A stretch of DNA of 64,000 nucleotides from Piromyces finnis finn (GCA_002104945.1 MCFH01000084.1:62001-126000), one strand, 5' to 3'; numbered from the stretch's first letter, positions 11,667 to 22,984 are shown. The notes: a model not told the origin generated them from the sequence alone. Numbers and translations are program-made.

Positions 11667-14111
11667 TTATGAATCTTCTAAATTTGTAAATTCAATAATT
11701 TTTATGTAGGAAGAATACTTTATTTGACTTTGATTTAAAAAATGAAAATCATCAACAGAATATTGTTTTTTTAACTTAAATTTATGTTCGTTAAATATCT
11801 CTATTACTCTACTAGAATTTAATCCATATTCATAATGATTTGATAAATTGGAACCAGTAATATTTACATACATTAAATTATCACATTCACGATGACTATA
11901 TCTTAATGAACTTATTAAATATAATGGGGATGATTTATCAATAATATTTACTATTTTATTATCTCTCTTGATAAAGCATCGTTTATAGGTGATTGATGGG
12001 GATTCAATATCCTCATCCATTATATTACTATCAAAAAAAATAATAATAAAAGCACCATTTATATTTTTGCCTATATTGATAAGCATATTTGTAATATCAC
12101 TATAACAAAAATCATTTAAAGCGAAAAAGCATGTTGCAACATCAAAATTTTCTTGTAATGTCACTTTTTGAATATTATTATTAATAATTTTAACTCTATT
12201 TTTTATTTCTGCTTTTGAAAGACGGCTTTTTATTTTTTTAATTTTATCTGATTTAGATTCAACACATAAAATTTTATGAAAATGTTTCCATTTGTGTATA
12301 TCACCACCATTACCTGATCCTATATCTAATAAATTTCCTCTATAATTCTTTAATACATTATTTTTTATAATATTATGATATTTACGCATTAAGACATTTG
12401 ACTCTGGATTGAAAATATCTATATTTATTTTTTGGTGAGTTGCTAATAATACACTAATAAATGTGTTTATACTATTAGATGAAGGTTTATCTTCACGAAC
12501 CTTTACCATTTTTTGAGTATCAAGATTAAATTCTATTATAAATGGTTTCTTTTTTAATTTTTCTTTACAATAATAAACACATCTTATATTAGTCGGTGTA
12601 TTATATATATACTCAACATGTTTACGATAATGATAGTAAACATTATCTTTATTGCTTTTTTTTTTATGAATATTATATAATTTGCATATTTTTTTATATT
12701 CCGATAGTGATATATTTAAATATTTTTTATCTATCTTTTTTTGTTTAGCTAAGAAATAACGACCATTAAATTCAATATCCACTGAATTTATTGTTTTTAT
12801 TTTATAAACATTAGAATTTTCGAAATATGTTGATTTACTATCAGTTATAATAATACCATCATTTGGTAAATCATTATTCATTTCTGACGCTATATATTTT
12901 TGTATATCTTGATATGATTTTCCATATTTGATATGTTTTTTCATAACTTTATTTCCAAATTTATTAAAATCAAGGGAATTTAGAATATCTATTCTTTCAC
13001 AATAAGCTTTACTTCTTAAATCAACATCATTATAAATTATATCAAACGGAATAAATTTATTATTAATATATTCACAATCCATAACAATGTGAAAATCGCT
13101 TTCTATTTCATCTACAAATTCTACAGTAAAATTTTCTGTAATACTAAACATTAAATTATTAATTATAATTAATAATTTACGAAGACCATCGGTTTTCGTT
13201 GCAATATAAAAACTATTTTTAATTAGTTTTTTGGAATTATTGAATAGTATTTCAAATGAAGGTGTTATGGGTTTTTGAAATTCGAAATTTGGCAATAGCA
13301 TGAATAAATAATCTGTATAATAAGAAGGAGAATGGATTAATTTTATCATATTGTTTATAATATTTAACATATCTAATCTGTCAATATATATATTATTCGA
13401 AAAATCGATTTCAAATTGACTCTTTTCATCATAATATGTTACATCAAAACGTACATCTTTATCCATTAAAAAAGATCTTCGCTTTTTCAATACAGGATTA
13501 TTAGAATTTATAATTTTCCATTCTAAGCATTTATTGTTTGAAAAATTATTGGATTTTATATTTATTATATTTTTAATATCTAATGGTGTTTCAATACTAA
13601 GAACAATTTTAAATATATAGTAATACCCAGTAATTAGAGTTAATTTCTTTGTATATTCAATTTTCTCATCTAGAGTATTTGTAATTTCTTTCTTTGCATT
13701 AGCTTTTATAAAATCAAATAATTTATTTTCTTTTTCAGCATTAGATTTTATATTTTCAACTTTATTATTATTTGTATTTTCTTTTTTATTGTTATTTTTA
13801 TTTGCATTTATTAAACCTTCATTATTTTCTGAATAATAATGTGAATCACAAATTATTCTATACTTTGTACTTTGATTTTCTTTCAATAAATATTCTGAAT
13901 ACAAACATGAATTACTGCTAACAAAATTTTCAACATTTATATTAGCATATTTATTGAGTAATCTAAATTCTAATTCAAAATTTATATTATTATTTAATTG
14001 AGGAATATTTTTTAAAATCTCTATTTGATTATATATGTTTTCTAATATTTCTTTTAATGATAATTGTTTTTTTAAAGATAAATAATTATCAGTAGGTATA
14101 TTTCCATTCAT
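11667..14111 (-). CDS. Trifunctional viral-type mRNA capping enzyme (RNA triphosphatase + guanylyltransferase + cap guanine-N7 methyltransferase), 814 aa
   Basis: TPase: ELEFR (13962-13976), LSIET, KKRRSF, RFDVT, FEIDF. GTase motifs: I ATKTDG (KTDG at 13185-13196), III MDCEY, IIIa PFDII, IV NDGIII, V YKIK..NSVD, VI REDK..N. MTase: MRKYHNIIK, LLDIGSGNGGDIHKW (~12300-12326), FDVATCFFALN. Confidence 0.88.
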   Translation of the reverse strand: MNGNIPTDNYLSLKKQLSLKEILENIYNQIEILKNIPQLNNNINFELEFRLLNKYANINVENFVSSNSCLYSEYLLKENQSTKYRIICDSHYYSENNEGLINANKNNNKKENTNNNKVENIKSNAEKENKLFDFIKANAKKEITNTLDEKIEYTKKLTLITGYYYIFKIVLSIETPLDIKNIINIKSNNFSNNKCLEWKIINSNNPVLKKRRSFLMDKDVRFDVTYYDEKSQFEIDFSNNIYIDRLDMLNIINNMIKLIHSPSYYTDYLFMLLPNFEFQKPITPSFEILFNNSKKLIKNSFYIATKTDGLRKLLIIINNLMFSITENFTVEFVDEIESDFHIVMDCEYINNKFIPFDIIYNDVDLRSKAYCERIDILNSLDFNKFGNKVMKKHIKYGKSYQDIQKYIASEMNNDLPNDGIIITDSKSTYFENSNVYKIKTINSVDIEFNGRYFLAKQKKIDKKYLNISLSEYKKICKLYNIHKKKSNKDNVYYHYRKHVEYIYNTPTNIRCVYYCKEKLKKKPFIIEFNLDTQKMVKVREDKPSSNSINTFISVLLATHQKINIDIFNPESNVLMRKYHNIIKNNVLKNYRGNLLDIGSGNGGDIHKWKHFHKILCVESKSDKIKKIKSRLSKAEIKNRVKIINNNIQKVTLQENFDVATCFFALNDFCYSDITNMLINIGKNINGAFIIIFFDSNIMDEDIESPSITYKRCFIKRDNKIVNIIDKSSPLYLISSLRYSHRECDNLMYVNITGSNLSNHYEYGLNSSRVIEIFNEHKFKLKKQYSVDDFHFLNQSQIKYSSYIKIIEFTNLEDS

Positions 14112-14399
14112 TGTATAATACCTTTATTAAAAAAAATTTTTTTAAATAGTTTTATTTTTATTTTTATTTTTTTATTTACATTAATTTTGTTTATTTCATT
14201 TCATTGTTTTAAAGCATTTTTTGTTGTTTAAAAGTTTACAAACTATAATTATTGTTTGTTTATTTTTAAAATATTATTAAAATACATAATTAATTTTTAA
14301 TAAAATTTGTGTTACGATAAATTAATATATTACGTTACATTACATTAAGAAAAATTTTTATTATTCTTAGTTAAAATTGATTAATCTTAATATATTAAA

Positions 14400-14660
14400 A
14401 AAAAAAAAGATAATTAGTGGAATAATAAGGGTATACTTTAAAATAATTATTGTCAATAAGGGTTTTAAAATAATTATTCCTAATAATTAATAATAATTAA
14501 TGAATTAAAAAAATCTATATAAAAAAAAAGATAATTAATGGAACAATAAAGGTATACTTTAAAATAATTATATTGTCAATAATTAATAATAGAATAATAA
14601 AGGATTTAAAATAATTATTCCTAATAATTAATAATAATTAATGAATTAAAAAAATCTAAG
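14400..14660. repeat. Diverged tandem duplication (~120-140 bp) upstream of the capping gene
   Basis: AAAAAAAAGATAATTA(G/A)TGGAA...GGTATACTTTAAAATAATTAT...TTCCTAATAATTAATAATAATTAATGAATTAAAAAAATCTA occurs twice. Confidence 0.7.
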
Positions 14661-15034
14661 AAAAAATAAAAAAATTTAGGTTTTTTTTTTTAGGTATGGG
14701 GAGACATTACTAAATTCAAAATTTTGTTTTTTATAATAAAAGATTAATTTAAATTTCAATTTAATTAATAATATTTTACATCATTAAAAATTTCTATTAA
14801 ACTTTATTAATAAAATTTTTACCTTTTCCTTTTGATCAATACTATACTAATACCTTTAATTATCATTTATTTTTAAATTTTAATTTTAATAAATAGAAAT
14901 TTAAATTAGTAAAAAAAACTTTTGATACTTTTTTTTATTAATAAATATTAATACTATTTATACTAATAATAAAAAAAATATAATAATTATAAAAAATTTC
15001 AATTTAAAATTTTTACAAATTAAGAATTAACTAT

Positions 15035-15552
15035 AACTATTTCTCTTATTACTATCATATTATATTATACATAAAAATTGATATAACAAAATATACCAAA
15101 TACATCAAATTCGTATTCGTATTCTTCTAATAGAAGATTTTTTTTTAATAATGATAATACTTGAATACATCAGATATTGCTGGAAATGATCCAAGCAGTC
15201 AAGCTCTTTCCATTCCATATCTGATGTATATTAATGCTAGTAATATTTTTATTTTTATATTTAAAACAAAAAAAAAGTTAACTAGTTTATCAACTATTTC
15301 TCTTATTACTATCATATTATATTATACATAAAAATTGATATAACAAAATATACCAAATACATCAAATTCGTATTCGTATTCTTCTAATAGAAGATTTTTT
15401 TTTAATAATGATAATACTTGAATACATCAGATATTGCTGGAAATGATCCAAGCAGTCAAGCTCTTTCCATTCCATATCTGATGTATATTAATACTAGTAA
15501 TATTTTTATTTTTATATTTAAAACAAAAAAAAAGTTAACTAGTTTATCAACA
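15035..15552. repeat. 257-bp tandem duplication
   Basis: AACTATTTCTCTTATTACTATC... starts at 15035 and again at 15292, and the two copies are nearly identical. Confidence 0.85.
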
Positions 15553-15936
15553 CTTAGACTTTTTAAATACGAATTTAATATATTATATATTGTATGTATT
15601 TTGGTATATTTTGCTATATCATTTAATACTTCTGATATTTTATATATATTTTATATTGAAATTTAAATGTTTACTTTGTGTAACCTCAAAAATTTTTATT
15701 GTAAAGTTATATTTATAAATATTTACTAAAAGAAAACCAGCAATTCCTAATCCCCAACTAATAATATCACTAGATCATGGTTATTTTAATAAATGTATTT
15801 CACCCTCTTACTATGTTTATCATATACATAAGTAATACTACTTTTTCTAGGTTCTTTACAAAAATCATGTGTACATGAATTAGTTTTTAACTTTTTAACA
15901 CTAAAAACTACTAAATTATCTATACACTAGGTCTAT

Positions 15937-16134
15937 CTACCCAATAGAACCATTATTAATTAATCTACAATCATATATTTGATAAAAATATTCATTAATA
16001 GGATTAGTATCATACCACTTTACAAAATAATTATCTCTATTAATATTAAAACTAGTAGGATCACATGTACATTCACATAAAATAATATTAATATTAATTA
16101 AGCATATAATAACAGTCACAATTTTGTTAAGCAT
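15937..16134 (-). CDS. Small ORF with signal-peptide-like N-terminus and Cys cluster; possibly the 5' end of a decayed secreted or membrane protein gene
   Basis: MLNKIVTVIICLININIILCECTCDP...; coding-like text continues in broken frames to ~15540. No family recognised. Confidence 0.3.
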   Translation of the reverse strand: MLNKIVTVIICLININIILCECTCDPTSFNINRDNYFVKWYDTNPINEYFYQIYDCRLINNGSIG

Positions 16135-17126
16135 CTTTAATATTTATTTATATATAAGATATATTAATATATTCAATTATCTTTATATCTATCAAAATGT
16201 ACATAATGTGGTATTATATATATAAAAATATGGTATTAAATGTATTGATTAAAATATGTAAAAGTTTTGTGTCATTAAGAAGGAAGAAGGTACTAAAAAA
16301 AATAAACTTTTTTTTTAACTATATAATTTCAATTAGTTTATTAAATACTATAAAAAATAGATATAATTGTCAATGCAATAATTAAATGGTTTATAATACG
16401 GATAGAGAAAATTAGTGAGCTTGTCTGCACGGAGCATTATCTAGAGCATCTGAACCTTTAATTATTATTAAAATAATTATTAACATTATAATTGTTATTG
16501 ATGACACAAAATCATCAATTATTTTATGTTTATTTTTTTTTTACTTAAAAAATTATTTTTTAAAAAATTAAAAACTTTCATAAAGAAAAAAAATAAATAA
16601 TATTTTTATTTTCAATTTTTTATTATTATTATTTTATTTTTATTATATTTATTTAAAAAGTCTTAATAATAGTCTATAATTTAAGTTTTTAATTTTTTAA
16701 AAATAATTTTTTAAGAAAAAAAATAAATAATATTTTTATTTTCAATTTTTTATTATTATTATTTTATTTTTATTATATTTATTTAAAAAATCTTAATAAT
16801 AGTCTATAATTTAAAATATTACATTTTATCATTTAAATAATATTTTTTTTAAACATTACACTTTCTTTTTTTTTTTTGTTATTTACATTTATCATTATTT
16901 TCATTTATCATTATTTTCATTATTAATTTAAACTAATTTAAATGATTTAATTTTTTATTATTATTTTCTATCATTATATTCATCAAATTATTATTAATTT
17001 AAACTAATTTAAATGATTTAATTTTTTATTATTATTTTCTATCATTATATTCATCAAATTTAAACTAATTTAAATTTTAAGTTAATTTAAGCATTTTCTT
17101 AGCTGGCGTAATTATAAGCATTGCAT

Positions 17127-18566
17127 TTATGCGTCATCAGCCTTGTGGTTACGCTTTTCAATTTCCTTGTTGATTTCATCAATCTTTTCATCAGTTAATG
17201 AATAGAAGGAAATGATAATCATCATAACAATCATTAAAATAGCTGGAATAATAGCAACATTCCAACGAATACATTCCTTAGTAGAATCGGCTTGGTGCTT
17301 CATCTTGTAGAACCAACCAACGGAAGTATTGTGGATATTCATACAACAGAAAGCAGTAACGAAGTAGAAAGCAATAACACGTAATGGTCCGTTACGAATA
17401 AATTCAATCCATAAATCACTAACCTTAACATTTTCAGTTTCCTTGTCTTCCATAACAACACGTTCCTTAGACTTAACGAAACAGAATACAAGAAGTAAGA
17501 AACCAACAACAGCGTAAAGAATCATAGCAGAGAACCAAGCCTTTGAATCAGTAGTATAACCACTACCACCATCCTTAGCTTCAAGGTCTGCATCGTAGTG
17601 GAAGAAGTAAAGGAGCCATCCTGGAATAGCACCACCAAGAGCAAAACCGGCCTTGAAGAAAATACCAGTAAGAGCATTGATAATACCGGCAATACGACGA
17701 CCAGTAGTATATTCAGCATAAGAAATAACTTCTGGAACAATAGCCCACATGTAACCAGTAACAGTGGTAAGACCAGTTGACTTGATAAAGTTGGCAACTA
17801 ACATCCAGACACTCTTATCAGAGTCGGCAAGACCCATTCTACTGAAGATGTATAATAAGGCATAACCGATAATACCAATAACACCAAAGGAATAGAATAA
17901 TCCCTTCTTACCAGTGAACTTCTTAATGTATGGAACAAATGGCATGATGACAAAACCTGGAAGAGCACCAATAAAGTTGAATAAAACAACATTCCAATCA
18001 ATAGCTTGTTTGGAGAAGAGACCAGCAACAATTGGGAAACCAGTCCAGACAAATAAACCACCAATGTTAGCCATAGTCATACGAATAGAGGTAAGAACTG
18101 TAATTTCTTGAGTATCTCTAGTCATTGAAGCATTTAAGGCACCGTATGGAACGTTAGTAAGAGTGTAACACATTTGTAATAAAGTGTAGGTAATAGCGGC
18201 GTAAGTAATACTACCCTTGAAAATATCCCAGTAACAAAGAATAGCAAGAACACATAATGGGAAACCAGCTGTAACTAAATAGGAACGGTACTTACCCCAA
18301 CGTGGGTTGTGCTTATCAACAAAGGCACCAACAAATGGATCCCAAATAACATCAAGTAAACGAACAATAAGCATAAGTGCACCTGATACAGCTGTTGCTT
18401 TCTTTGAATCATTACCAATAATATATACATTAGTGTAGTAGAATGCAATAAAACCACTAACATTTTGGTAAATAAAGTTTTGTGCCATATCACCAGCACC
18501 ATAACCAATTCTGGTTAACCATGAAAGCTTGAAAAATCCATTGGCTTCGTCCTTTACTGTACTCAT
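17127..18566 (-). CDS. GPH-family (MelB/XynT-like) MFS sugar:cation symporter, copy 1, permuted helix order
   Basis: RIGYGAGDMAQN, VRLLDVIWDPFVG, WGKYRSY, NVPYGAL..SMT.D, KERV, W...PEVISYAEY.TGRR..G motifs; intronless 479 aa. Confidence 0.92.
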   Translation of the reverse strand: MSTVKDEANGFFKLSWLTRIGYGAGDMAQNFIYQNVSGFIAFYYTNVYIIGNDSKKATAVSGALMLIVRLLDVIWDPFVGAFVDKHNPRWGKYRSYLVTAGFPLCVLAILCYWDIFKGSITYAAITYTLLQMCYTLTNVPYGALNASMTRDTQEITVLTSIRMTMANIGGLFVWTGFPIVAGLFSKQAIDWNVVLFNFIGALPGFVIMPFVPYIKKFTGKKGLFYSFGVIGIIGYALLYIFSRMGLADSDKSVWMLVANFIKSTGLTTVTGYMWAIVPEVISYAEYTTGRRIAGIINALTGIFFKAGFALGGAIPGWLLYFFHYDADLEAKDGGSGYTTDSKAWFSAMILYAVVGFLLLVFCFVKSKERVVMEDKETENVKVSDLWIEFIRNGPLRVIAFYFVTAFCCMNIHNTSVGWFYKMKHQADSTKECIRWNVAIIPAILMIVMMIIISFYSLTDEKIDEINKEIEKRNHKADDA

Positions 18567-19493
18567 TTTTTTTCTTAAATTAACTTAAATGTCAATTTAT
18601 TAGTTTAAATTTTTAAATTTTTTTTTTTTATTTTATATACTACTTAAATTATTTTATTTTTTAAATATTAAGTAATTATATTACTTACTATTTATGTTTT
18701 TTCAAATTCTGTCTTCTTTTTTTGTTTTTATACATTTTAACTATTATATACATATATACAATACACAATAACAAATAACATAACAAAAAATGATATTTAT
18801 TTTTCTATATAAATTTAAATTAAAAATTGAAATATTAATATATATTGTATTTATATTAATAATAAATTTATAATAATTTTTAATTTATATTGTACTACAT
18901 ATTAAAATTTAAATATTAATATATTATATAATAGATTAAGATATTTTTAATATAGAAATTTCTAAAATAAAAAAAGTAACAATATTATAAATAAAATAAT
19001 AGGATCAAAGTATTTATGAAATATGAAATGAAATATAAATATGATATAAAACAAAAGCATAAAAATAGTTAAATATTATAACTAATTAAAAATATGCTTT
19101 AATGTTTTTTATTAATAAAGAATATGAATCTAAATAAATCTAAACTTTATTAATGATTTCATTAGATTTAAAATATTAATAATGAAAAAAAATTGATCAG
19201 TAAATCTATGTATTAAGTAATAATATGCAATATGATATTAAAGATAATAATAAACTAGCATATATAATTTAAGATTAAATCTAATTATTGTTTTATATAT
19301 CCTTATATTATTTTATATTATTTTTTTGTGTCATCTGTCAAAAAATTATTTCTACCTACTATCTACAACATTAATTAAATAACAATACTCTAGATAAAAT
19401 AAGCTTTTTCATATATAAATATACAATACTTATAAATATAAGTATTGTATATTTAGAGTGCCTATATTTTAATAATATTTCTTAAATTTAACT

Positions 19494-20191
19494 TTTTTTA
19501 TTTGTATTTTAGTATATTTTAACTAATAAATAATTTTATATAATAAAAAAACAATAACAAACAATATATTTATTTTTTTATATAAATATAAATTAAATAT
19601 TATATTAAAAAATAAATATATTGTTTTTTTTTTTGTTATTATTAACATATGTTGTATTTATATTAATAATTAATTTATATAATTTACTTATTATAATTTT
19701 TAATTTGCATTGTATTACATATTAATGGTAAATTTACATTGTACTACATATTAAAATTTACACATTAATAATATATTAAGTATTTTAATAAATCAATTTT
19801 TAAAAATTACTATAATAGTTAAAATGTATAAAAACAAAAAAAGTTTTTATTTGTATTTTAGTATATTTTAACTAATAAATAATTTTATATAATAAAAAAA
19901 CAATAACAAACAATATATTTATTTTTTTATATAAATATAAATTAAATATTATATTAAAAAATAAATATATTGTTTTTTTTTTGTTATTATTAACATATGT
20001 TGTATTTATATTAATAATTAATTTATATAATTTACTTATTATAATTTTTAATTTGCATTGTATTACATATTAATGGTAAATTTACATTGTACTACATATT
20101 AAAATTTACACATTAATAATATATTAAGTATTTTAATAAATCAATTTTTAAAAATTACTATAATAGTTAAAATGTATAAAAACAAAAAAAG
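19494..20191. repeat. 349-bp tandem duplication in the spacer/promoter region of the divergent transporter pair
   Basis: ATTTGTATTTTAGTATATTTTTAACTAATAAAT... starts at 19500 and at 19849, each unit ending ...AAAATGTATAAAAACAAAAAAAG. Confidence 0.85.
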
Positions 20192-20340
20192 AAGACAGAA
20201 TTTGAAAAAACATAAATAGTAAGTAATATAATTACTTAATATTTAAAAAATAAAATAATTTAAGTAGTATATAAAATAAAAAAAAAAAATTTAAAAATTT
20301 AAACTAATAAATTGACATTTAAGTTAATTTAAGAAAAAAA

Positions 20341-21780
20341 ATGAGTACAGTAAAGGACGAAGCCAATGGATTTTTCAAGCTTTCATGGTTAACCAGAATT
20401 GGTTATGGTGCTGGTGATATGGCACAAAACTTTATTTACCAAAATGTTAGTGGTTTTATTGCATTCTACTACACTAATGTATATATTATTGGTAATGATT
20501 CAAAGAAAGCAACAGCTGTATCAGGTGCACTTATGCTTATTGTTCGTTTACTTGATGTTATTTGGGATCCATTTGTTGGTGCCTTTGTTGATAAGCACAA
20601 CCCACGTTGGGGTAAGTACCGTTCCTATTTAGTTACAGCTGGTTTCCCATTATGTGTTCTTGCTATTCTTTGTTACTGGGATATTTTCAAGGGTAGTATT
20701 ACTTACGCCGCTATTACCTACACTTTATTACAAATGTGTTACACTCTTACTAACGTTCCATACGGTGCCTTAAATGCTTCAATGACTAGAGATACTCAAG
20801 AAATTACAGTTCTTACCTCTATTCGTATGACTATGGCTAACATTGGTGGTTTATTTGTCTGGACTGGTTTCCCAATTGTTGCTGGTCTCTTCTCCAAACA
20901 AGCTATTGATTGGAATGTTGTTTTATTCAACTTTATTGGTGCTCTTCCAGGTTTTGTCATCATGCCATTTGTTCCATACATTAAGAAGTTCACTGGTAAG
21001 AAGGGATTATTCTATTCCTTTGGTGTTATTGGTATTATCGGTTATGCCTTATTATACATCTTCAGTAGAATGGGTCTTGCCGACTCTGATAAGAGTGTCT
21101 GGATGTTAGTTGCCAACTTTATCAAGTCAACTGGTCTTACCACTGTTACTGGTTACATGTGGGCTATTGTTCCAGAAGTTATTTCTTATGCTGAATATAC
21201 TACTGGTCGTCGTATTGCCGGTATTATCAATGCTCTTACTGGTATTTTCTTCAAGGCCGGTTTTGCTCTTGGTGGTGCTATTCCAGGATGGCTCCTTTAC
21301 TTCTTCCACTACGATGCAGACCTTGAAGCTAAGGATGGTGGTAGTGGTTATACTACTGATTCAAAGGCTTGGTTCTCTGCTATGATTCTTTACGCTGTTG
21401 TTGGTTTCTTACTTCTTGTATTCTGTTTCGTTAAGTCTAAGGAACGTGTTGTTATGGAAGACAAGGAAACTGAAAATGTTAAGGTTAGTGATTTATGGAT
21501 TGAATTTATTCGTAACGGACCATTACGTGTTATTGCTTTCTACTTCGTTACTGCTTTCTGTTGTATGAATATCCACAATACTTCCGTTGGTTGGTTCTAC
21601 AAGATGAAGCACCAAGCCGATTCTACTAAGGAATGTATTCGTTGGAATGTTGCTATTATTCCAGCTATTTTAATGATTGTTATGATGATTATCATTTCCT
21701 TCTATTCATTAACTGATGAAAAGATTGATGAAATCAACAAGGAAATTGAAAAGCGTAACCACAAGGCTGATGACGCATAA
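20341..21780 (+). CDS. GPH-family MFS sugar:cation symporter, copy 2
   Basis: Translation identical to copy 1. Confidence 0.92.
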   Translation: MSTVKDEANGFFKLSWLTRIGYGAGDMAQNFIYQNVSGFIAFYYTNVYIIGNDSKKATAVSGALMLIVRLLDVIWDPFVGAFVDKHNPRWGKYRSYLVTAGFPLCVLAILCYWDIFKGSITYAAITYTLLQMCYTLTNVPYGALNASMTRDTQEITVLTSIRMTMANIGGLFVWTGFPIVAGLFSKQAIDWNVVLFNFIGALPGFVIMPFVPYIKKFTGKKGLFYSFGVIGIIGYALLYIFSRMGLADSDKSVWMLVANFIKSTGLTTVTGYMWAIVPEVISYAEYTTGRRIAGIINALTGIFFKAGFALGGAIPGWLLYFFHYDADLEAKDGGSGYTTDSKAWFSAMILYAVVGFLLLVFCFVKSKERVVMEDKETENVKVSDLWIEFIRNGPLRVIAFYFVTAFCCMNIHNTSVGWFYKMKHQADSTKECIRWNVAIIPAILMIVMMIIISFYSLTDEKIDEINKEIEKRNHKADDA

Positions 21781-22394
21781 ATGCAATGCTTATAATTACG
21801 CCAGCTAAGAAAATGCTTAAATTAACTTAAAATTTAAATTAGTTTAAATTTGATTAATAATAAAATAGTAAGCAATCCTAAATTAATTTAGTTTAAAATT
21901 ATGGATTATAATAATTAATAATCCGAAAGTGTAAATACAAATATATATTTCATATAAATTAAAAATTATTGAAATTATATTCTTAATTAAGTAATAATAC
22001 ATATAAAATAATAATGAATTTTATATAATAATAATAAATTATTTGAAATTCTTAAAAATAATGTATTGAAATAGAAAAAATAGAAATAATTCTATTAATA
22101 TAATTTTAATAAAGATAAAAATTAAAATATATATAGGTATTTTTTGGTTATGTTGTAAATTAAATGCTTTTGTTTAATTATAATTTTTTTTAAGTGGATT
22201 TAAAATTGAGTATTTAATAATATGGCTGTATGTGAGAAATGTATTTTTTTAAAAGGCTTAATAATTAGGTTTTTAGATATGATCGATTTGTGTTTTAAGA
22301 GTTTTTTATTTAAGTAATAATATTTGGAAATGTCTTATTAATCTTTAATAAATAAATATTTGGAATGTTCCTTTTCTTTGAAATGGAACTCTGA

Positions 22395-22805
22395 ATACAG
22401 AACTTCCTCACTTAGCTTTCTTGACGATCTTTTTACCCTTTTTCAAAATAAATACAATAATCTATTCATCCCTTACTTACTCCCTGAAATGGAAGTAAGA
22501 AAAATAATTTATAACTATTTTTTTACGTTCCTTCTTGGTGGAATTTTAGCTTATGATGAGCTACAAAACGATAAGGCGGAACAAAGACATTTGAATGAAC
22601 AGCTTTACAGTTCATCAGGGTCTCATGTTCCATATGTAGAGGGTCTCGCGGCTTTACTTACTAAAACAATTCCTATCATTAGTAGCTCAATGAAGCTACT
22701 TTTTGATAGGCTTAGTAAGACACCTAACATAATTAAGAGCACCGACGTAGTACCGATATGGCAAAGGAGCATTCTTAATGCTCCGTACACAGGGTTATTT
22801 TGTTT

Positions 22806-22837
<32 letters not shown>

Positions 22838-22850
22838 TAATAAATACATA
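22395..22850 (+). mobile_element. 3' fragment of LINE family 2, followed by an (AAT)n tract
   Basis: MKLLFDRLSKTPNIIKSTDVVPIWQRSILNAPYTG matches MKLLFDKTPNIIKSADVVPIWQRNILSVPYTG at the 3' end of the degenerate LINE at 30.7-31.1 kb. Confidence 0.75.
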
Positions 22851-22984
22851 ATAACTATATCACATAATTCACATAATTATTAATAACTGGAATATATTAT
22901 TTCAGCAATATTCCTTATTACCACAACCTCAAAATAAATAATAATATTATGATATTTTATTTTATAACGTATCATTGTAAAAGG

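Larger units (their letters stand above)
17055..21855. repeat. Large inverted repeat: arms ~17055-18740 and ~20160-21855, each carrying one transporter copy, around a ~1.4-kb spacer
   Basis: The two proteins are identical, and the 5' flanks (~170 bp) and 3' flanks (~70 bp) are reverse complements. Confidence 0.9.

Noticed and set aside
14112-14400. Viral or linear-plasmid promoter motifs and terminal repeats around the capping gene
   Set aside because: No ATNTGA or AAAATTGA at a suitable position on the coding strand and no terminal inverted repeats were found; the flanks look like host AT-rich DNA.
17522-18508. Short ORFs overlapping each GPH copy (also repeated at 20.4-21.4, 49.4-50.4 and 57.3-58.3 kb)
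   Set aside because: Alternative-frame or antisense shadows of the transporter CDS, conserved only because the gene is duplicated.
22360-22809. 149-aa plus-strand ORF as a host gene
   Set aside because: It is a chimera of transporter flank sequence and a LINE family-2 3' fragment.
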